Below are positions 1 to 6,800 of a DNA stretch of 7,488 nucleotides, in pieces. The translations under genes and the position numbers were made by a program. The notes beneath the pieces were generated by a model that worked only from the letters and a program-made list of their open reading frames with translations, was not told the origin of the DNA and made no database searches. Origin of the DNA: Azolla caroliniana (taxonomy: Eukaryota > Plantae > Polypodiophyta). Positions within the stretch are counted from its first letter, which is position 1. Every line of letters begins with the position of its first letter. The stretch is from positions 1-7,488 of the forward strand of contig JBHGNT010001487.1 of assembly GCA_043228905.1 (NCBI GenBank), written 5' to 3'.

Positions 1-500
1 GGCATTAGTAATTACTAATCCATTTGAGTGATTAGAAGCCTACAACATGTATACTGCAGTAGGGGTATAATCGGTAGTGCCTAGCATATATGGGATTATG
101 CTAACACTTTGGTTGTTTAAGATTAAGATTTAATTCACAAGGCAAGCTTGATTAACGGTTGATTTATTAAGCAGAGCTCGTGGATAGCTACCTAATTAAC
201 CTGCCTCTTCATTGTCAAATCACGGGCAAAGTAGTTAATATGTTGATGGTTTCATAGTAAATAATGAAATTGGCCATCCCTAGATAATTCGGACGATCGA
301 TCAGCTGTTAAATAAGAGCTAATGAGGATTTATTATTGCCAATCAGACTTCATGTAAGCTCCATCCTTATTTTGCAATTATTCCCCCACGATCACTATTC
401 ATCATCATAAAAACTCGAATGGAAAAGAGAGGTGCAATCAATCACCTTTTCTCAACTTTAGTTAAATGCCTGATTTATTTTTCTCTCGTGATGAATCTAA

Positions 501-770
501 TTTGAATTACTCTAATTAAATGCGCAATAGTTTGATTATCACTATTAATCTTTCTCAATTTGATTCCGAGATCGATCGACGCCCGACTGAAATATAAGGA
601 TGTGCTTTGAAACAGGCACCATTGATTCCGATCCCTTTCTTCATCCGTTCGTTTGAAGGCCAAATCTTTCTTCTTTCCTTCGTGGGGAAAGTTTTGAATC
701 TTCAAATTGGGGAATTAACTGGAATTAATTTTTGAATTTGGAGTCCGCGATTTCCTGGCCAGAGAGAGAG
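501..770 (+). promoter_or_regulatory. Putative TOP2 proximal promoter with CHR-like TTTGAA cluster, an MSA-like core and a GA tract
   Basis: TTTGAA at 501, 606, 652, 693 and 731; TTCAAA at 701; CCGTT (AACGG on - strand) at 645-649; (AG)5 at 761-770. All lie just upstream of the predicted start codon. Confidence 0.45.
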
Positions 771-805
771 TTTGGATTCATCGTCTGATTCGAACTCGAG
801 CTTCC

Positions 806-874
806 ATGGAAAATCTACTGATAATCGGCCAGGAAAATCACGATTTTGCTTCTCCTCCTCAGAAGAAGAAGAAG
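806..874 (+). CDS. TOP2: TOP2 exon 1 (predicted): [23 protein letters not shown]
   Basis: First in-frame ATG (ttccATGG) after an in-frame TAA at 716-718. It ends at the donor AAG|GTGCGA in phase 0, matching the phase-0 acceptor at 2308. Exon 2 has no in-frame ATG until 2632, so an upstream coding exon or a non-ATG start is required. Confidence 0.65.
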
Positions 875-3800
875 GTGCGATCATCTTCTTCAGTCTTTTC
901 TTGATTTTCATTCGTTTCGATCTCTTGTCATCCTTTCTTTTCTTCACAATTCATTCGTCTTTCTCTCTTCTATTCTAATCGTTCAGGATACACTGATCTT
1001 CTAAATTCCTTTTTCTTTGTTTGGTTTGGTTTTAAATCCCTTGTCATTCTTCTTTTTCTTCAGAATCCACTCGTCTTTCTCTCTTCTAATCGTTCAGGTT
1101 ACAATGCTCTTCAAAATTCTTTATTTTGTTTTAGATCTTTGTTCATCCTTTCTTTTCTTCTCAATTCATTCTTCTTTCACTGCGCTAATCGTATTCCTTC
1201 ATTTTCTCATTGTTTTCCTCTTAATTTTTTACTTCCTGTTTTTCTTTCTATCTTTGTAGATTTTTCAGTATTTCCCAATTCTTTCCTTCCTCATATTGCA
1301 TTCTGTTTTTGTCTCACTGTATTCTTCTTGCATGAATATCATTACGTTTTTCTTTTAACTTTTCCCATCCGTGTTGTTCAATCAGTTTATTCTTCTTGAA
1401 TGAATATCATTACCTTTTTTCTCACTTTGTAGATTTGTCAGTGTAATTTTCTGGCTTGATTATTATTACAGTCATTTATCTCCCATTCCTTAAGAATCCA
1501 ATTCTTAAGCCTTTATTTGAATTTACGTTCTAAAAGAATTCGATTCTTTGGGCATTTCTTCGAACCCAATTGTTTTGTTGGCCAGTCTTTGCATTCTTAA
1601 TATGTCTATATTTTCAAGTTCTCGTTCTTTCATGTTTCTTTTGTAGATTAATCTCTGAGTTTTCTGGCTTGAGTTTACTTTCTTCACTCACGTTTTTTCT
1701 TTTTGTAAATTCATCTGCGCATGTTTCTTCAACGATCTTTGCTCAGAACTTAAGATTCATCTAAAGAAAAACTCAAATTTTCCACACAAAAGACAAAATG
1801 TTCTTCCGTTGCTACTTGTCTTCAACGATCTTTGCCAGAAATTAATCTTCATGTGAAGAAATCATTTGTATATATGAGCGACATTGCTCTTTCATCGCGA
1901 TCCAAGTTTCTAAATATGACCGTCCTCTCGTTTTCATTTATTTCCTCTTCCTTTTGGTTCAGAATTTGACAGTGTATCCTGCTGATTTTGCCTCATTCAC
2001 TTATAGCAAATTTGCTCAAAGATCTTTGCTCAGAAGTTGTTACTCATGCAGAGAAATCATTGTGTTGAACACATGAGAGAATCGAATGGAGGCTCACTTT
2101 GAAATTTATTTCATTATTAATCGTTTATTGCATTGATATCAAGCTTCTGCATATGCGAGCAATACTTGTCTTTCTGCTCGAAAGAAAATTTTTACTGTTA
2201 TTCCCATGTTTTCTTTATCTCGGTTTTGTTCTTGGATTTTTTTCACGTCATAAATATTAGAAGGATAGAATTGATTCTCGTAAATGAAGATTTTTCTTCT
2301 TATTTAGGCTTCCAAAAGTAAAGCTTCAGGAGGAAACGTGGCGAAAAAATCTTCTGCTGTTAAGCCCCTTCAGACCAGCTCTGGTGCCAATATTAACGCA
2401 GGCAAGCAAGAAAAGACGATTGAAGAAACATATCAGAAGAAGTCACAATTGGAGCATATTTTATTGAGACCTGATACTTATGTTGGATCCGTTGAGAAGC
2501 ACAGTCAGAATCTTTGGGTCTATGAAGGCCAGTCCTTGGTTTGTCGGAATGTAACCTATGTGCCAGGACTGTATAAGATATTCGATGAGATCCTAGTTAA
2601 TGCAGCAGATAATAAACAAAGGGATCCCTCCATGGATTCTGTGAAAGTAGAAATCAACGTTGAGCAAAACATGATAAGTATATACAACAGTGGAGATGGT
2701 GTACCTGTTGAGATTCATGGAGAAGGAGTTTATGTGCCTGAGATGATATTTGGCCATCTTCTCACAAGCAGTAACTATGATGATACTCAAAAGAAGACAA
2801 CAGGTGGGAGAAATGGTTATGGAGCAAAGTTAGCCAACATATTTTCTACAGAATTCATCATCGAAACAGCTGACGGAAGACGTTTAAAGAGATATAAACA
2901 AGTAGATCTCGTTGCTTGACCTAATGCTAGCATTTGAGCTTGATTAATGTCCAAATATAATGCCTTGCTATTGCATCAATATATGCTATATGTAACAGGT
3001 TTTCAGAAATAACATGAGCTCGAAATCAGAACCGATAATCACAGCTTGCAAGGCCAATGAAAATTGGACCAAGGTTACATTCAGGCCAGATCTTGCAAAG
3101 TTTCAAATGAAAAAATTGGAAGATGATGTTGTGGCTTTGATGAGCAAGAGAGTTCTAGATATAGCAGGTTGTCTCGGAAGGACTGTGAAAGTAGAGCTGA
3201 ATGGGCAGAGATTTCCCATAAAATCTTTTCAGGATTATGTTGGACTCTATCTAGACACTGTAAATAAGAAGAGAGAGGAGCCGCTACCCAGGTTTGAAGT
3301 TTTCTGTTGACACCTAAATCTATTCCCAAACGATTTAAACACTCGTAGTTATAAGAATATTTATATAGTATGTTTGCAAACATCAATAATCTAAGGGAAG
3401 AAATCTGGTATAGTGCTCGTTTTTTCGGTTCCTCATGTTTGAAGATAGTTAAGTAGTTCTTAGCTAAGGAACTTATAGTAATCCGGCTACTGTTATGCTC
3501 CTTAGTAGATAGAAACCTCTCATTTCCAGATGCTTTTAACCTACTGATTTATGATCATTCTGATGATTGACTATGTGGATTCAGGATTTACGAGCATGTT
3601 AATGATCGCTGGGAAGTTTGTGTCAGTCTAAGTGATGGCCAATTTCAGCAAGTATATTTCAAACCCACTAAACTGCTACTTGCAATGCACTATTGATGGC
3701 TAACCTCGTGTTGCTATTTTAAGGTGAGCTTTGTTAATTCAATTGCAACCATCAAAGGAGGAACGCATGTACAGTATGTAACGGATCAGATAGTGAATCA

Positions 3801-6800
3801 TATTCTGGGTGCTGTGAATAAGAAGAACAAGAATGCAGGAGTAAAAGCCTTCCAAATTAAGAATCACATGTGGGTCTTTGTGAACTCGCTTATTGATAAT
3901 CCAGCATTTGATTCACAAACAAAGGAAACATTAACTATAAGACAAAGCAGCTTTGGTTCAAAGTGCGAACCTTCCCAAGATTTCATGAAAAAAGGGTATT
4001 TCTAAACACTTGGACCTTATTATATGATACGTAAATCAAAATCCTGACAGCAAATGGTCATTGTTTAACATTGGATGCCTGTGTACAGTGACAAAATGTG
4101 GAGTAGTTCAAAACATTTTGATGTGGGCTGACTTTAAGCAAAGCAAAGAACTTAAGAAAAATGATGGTGCAAAGAGACAAAGGATTACTGGTATAACTAA
4201 ACTTGATGATGCAAATGATGCTGGTGGTAAATACTCTGAAGGATGCACCTTGATATTGACTGAAGGAGATTCAGCAAAAGCTCTTGCTGTATGTTTGTTA
4301 TTCTAGTTATCTGTTGAGGATACATCTGAGCGTATTACCGTATGTGTTTTTGTTTGTTTGTTTGTTGTAAATTGTTTTTTCAATGCAGATGAGTGGTATT
4401 AATGTAGTTGGACGTAACCGATACGGTGTATTCCCACTCCAAGGAAAGCTTTTGAATGTAAGGGAGGCAAGTCACAAGCAAATAATGGAGAACCAAGAAA
4501 TAAATCACATCAAACAGATTTTAGGACTTCAGCATGGCAAAGAATACATGAATGTCAAAACTCTCCGATATGGTCATTTGATGATAATGACAGATCAGGT
4601 GTGTTATCACAACTTTTTTTGGGTCACTTTGTGTCTTTGAGCCTTTCTAATAAAAACGTAGCTGCAGGATCATGATGGATCTCACATCAAAGGCTTGCTC
4701 ATCAACTTCATTCATTCATTCTGGCCGTCTCTTTTGAAAATTCCTGACTTTCTTGTGGAATTCATCACACCAATCGTAAAGGTCTGTTTCAAACCTCTAA
4801 TCTGTATTTACATTGTTTCAGACCTCTAATCTTTTTATTGTTTGTTCAGGCTACACATAAAACTGGAAAAGTTTTATCATTCTATACAATGCCAGAATAT
4901 GAGGCTTGGAAAGAATCCCTGAATGGGCATACATCAGGCTGGAGCATGAAGTACTATAAGGTTGCTTAACTATGTGCTATATACCTTTATGTAAACCAAT
5001 AGAGAAATAAGAAAAAAAAAAGGATAAATATTACTGTCTACTACAGACCAAGTTTGGTCTATGAGACAAGTTATGATTACAAATATGGGTGAATGCAAGT
5101 TATTTACATTGAAACAAAATTAAAATTTCTAGGTTGCCTAAAGATCCATAATAGCAACCTTAATGCATGTGGTGGAATGTTTCTTGAGATCGTTTTTTTT
5201 TCTACTTATAGGGTCTGGGTACCAGTACTGCCAAAGAAGGCAAGGAGTACTTTAGAGAGCTTGACAAGAACAGGAAGATTTTCGCATGGGAAACAAAGGA
5301 AGATGGGGAATCTATAGAGATGGCATTTAGTAAGAAAAAAATTGATGCTCGCAAGAGATGGCTTCGAAATTTTGAAGTACGATGCCTGTAGTCTAGATTG
5401 TACTCCGGATTAAATATTGTTGGTTAAGCTGATTGCGACTTACATTTGTGGTAGCCTGGAACATACCTTGATCAATCAGTTAAAATCATTAAATATCGTG
5501 ACTTTATCAACAAGGAGTTGATTCTGTTCTCCATGGCTGATTTGTCAAGGTCCATTCCATCAATGGTGGATGGATTAAAGCCAGGACAGAGAAAGATCCT
5601 TTTCTGTTCTTTCAAGCGTAATTTCATTACCCAGGCCAAGGTATTGTTTCTCACAGTATTTCAATGCAAACGTGTGTTGTTTTTTATATGATCGATGTTC
5701 TTATACATTTCTTCAGGTAGCACAATTTTCAGGTTATGTTTCTGAGCATTCTGCTTACCACCACGGTGAACAAAGTCTTGTGAGCACGATTATAGGAATG
5801 GCACAGAATTATGTTGGTAGCAATAACGTAAATTTGCTATCCCCTCTTGGACAGTTTGGAACAAGAACTCAGGTAAAATATATTTGAATGGAAGCCAAAC
5901 AATATTGTGAACTATATGAAACCCCTCTGTTAAAGATTTTGTGAACAATATTGACAGTGAAAGTTCCATTTTCACACAGGGTGGTAAAGATCATGCAAGT
6001 GGTCGATATGTTTTCACGTGCCTTTCTCCCATAACAAGATTTCTGTTCCCTAAAGAGGATGAGATTCTACTAGATTACCTCAGAGAAGATGGTCAATCTA
6101 TAGAACCCATCTGGCAAGTATATTCTGTCATGACTCATGATATATCCATGGAGTGTTTCTATTGTGCAGACTTTTTATTTAATATACCAGACCATACTCC
6201 AGGTATTGTCCCATTATTCCAATGGTTCTTGTGAATGGGAGTGAGGGGATTGGCACTGGATGGAGTACGTTTGTTCCCAACTATAATCCAAGGGATATTG
6301 TTGCAAATATTCGTAAGCTTCTTGATGGACGTTCCATGGAGCCAATGGATCCCTGGTACAAAGGATTTCAGGTAATCTTCAACCATTTGGTTTTGCATTC
6401 AGTGATCATCAGGATTGTATATAGATTATAGGCATTTTTTCCAGGGAAGTATTGAGCTTGTTGCTACCAAAGAATCAGGGAGGACTTATACTATCACTGG
6501 TATGTATGAACTATTGGACGCCACTACAATAAGGATCACAGAGCTCCCTGTTAAGAAATGGACCCAAGATTACAAGGAGTTTCTAGAAGGAATGATGTCC
6601 CCCACAGATAAGGTCAAAGAGCCATTCGTGAAGGTAGCTTCCGTCTACTTCTGTCCAATCTTATAATATGGAATACTAGTAGGTTTAATGAAATTTCTGG
6701 GGTTACTTTTTACCTGAACTAATTTTGAATTGATATACGTTAACTTTGAGAACCAAGACCTGGGAAGTAGAATTTAACAAATAATGGTTTTAACATTGTA

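Noticed and set aside
925-2062. Intron 1 repeats as a CRISPR array
   Set aside because: Repeats are degenerate and irregularly spaced, the context is a eukaryotic intron, and there are no cas genes.
475-2321. Short ORFs at 475-705(-), 702-947(-), 772-978, 1017-1259, 1139-1399, 1570-1764 and 2133-2321
   Set aside because: Low-complexity F/L/S- or K/R-rich translations of promoter and T-rich intron 1 sequence, several with TTG starts and none with a recognisable domain.
2899-3657. Weak donors with A at -1 (CAA|GTAGAT, CAA|GTATAT) as evidence of broken splicing
   Set aside because: GT is intact and phases match. A at -1 is a normal minority variant in plant introns.
4349-4364. (TTTG)4 microsatellite in intron 6
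   Set aside because: Ordinary U-rich plant intron sequence near the acceptor.
5002-5060. A-run (5012-5021) and 7-bp hairpin AGACCAA-gt-TTGGTCT (5045-5060) in intron 9 as a retro-insertion or terminator
   Set aside because: Too short, no target-site duplication seen, and expected by chance.
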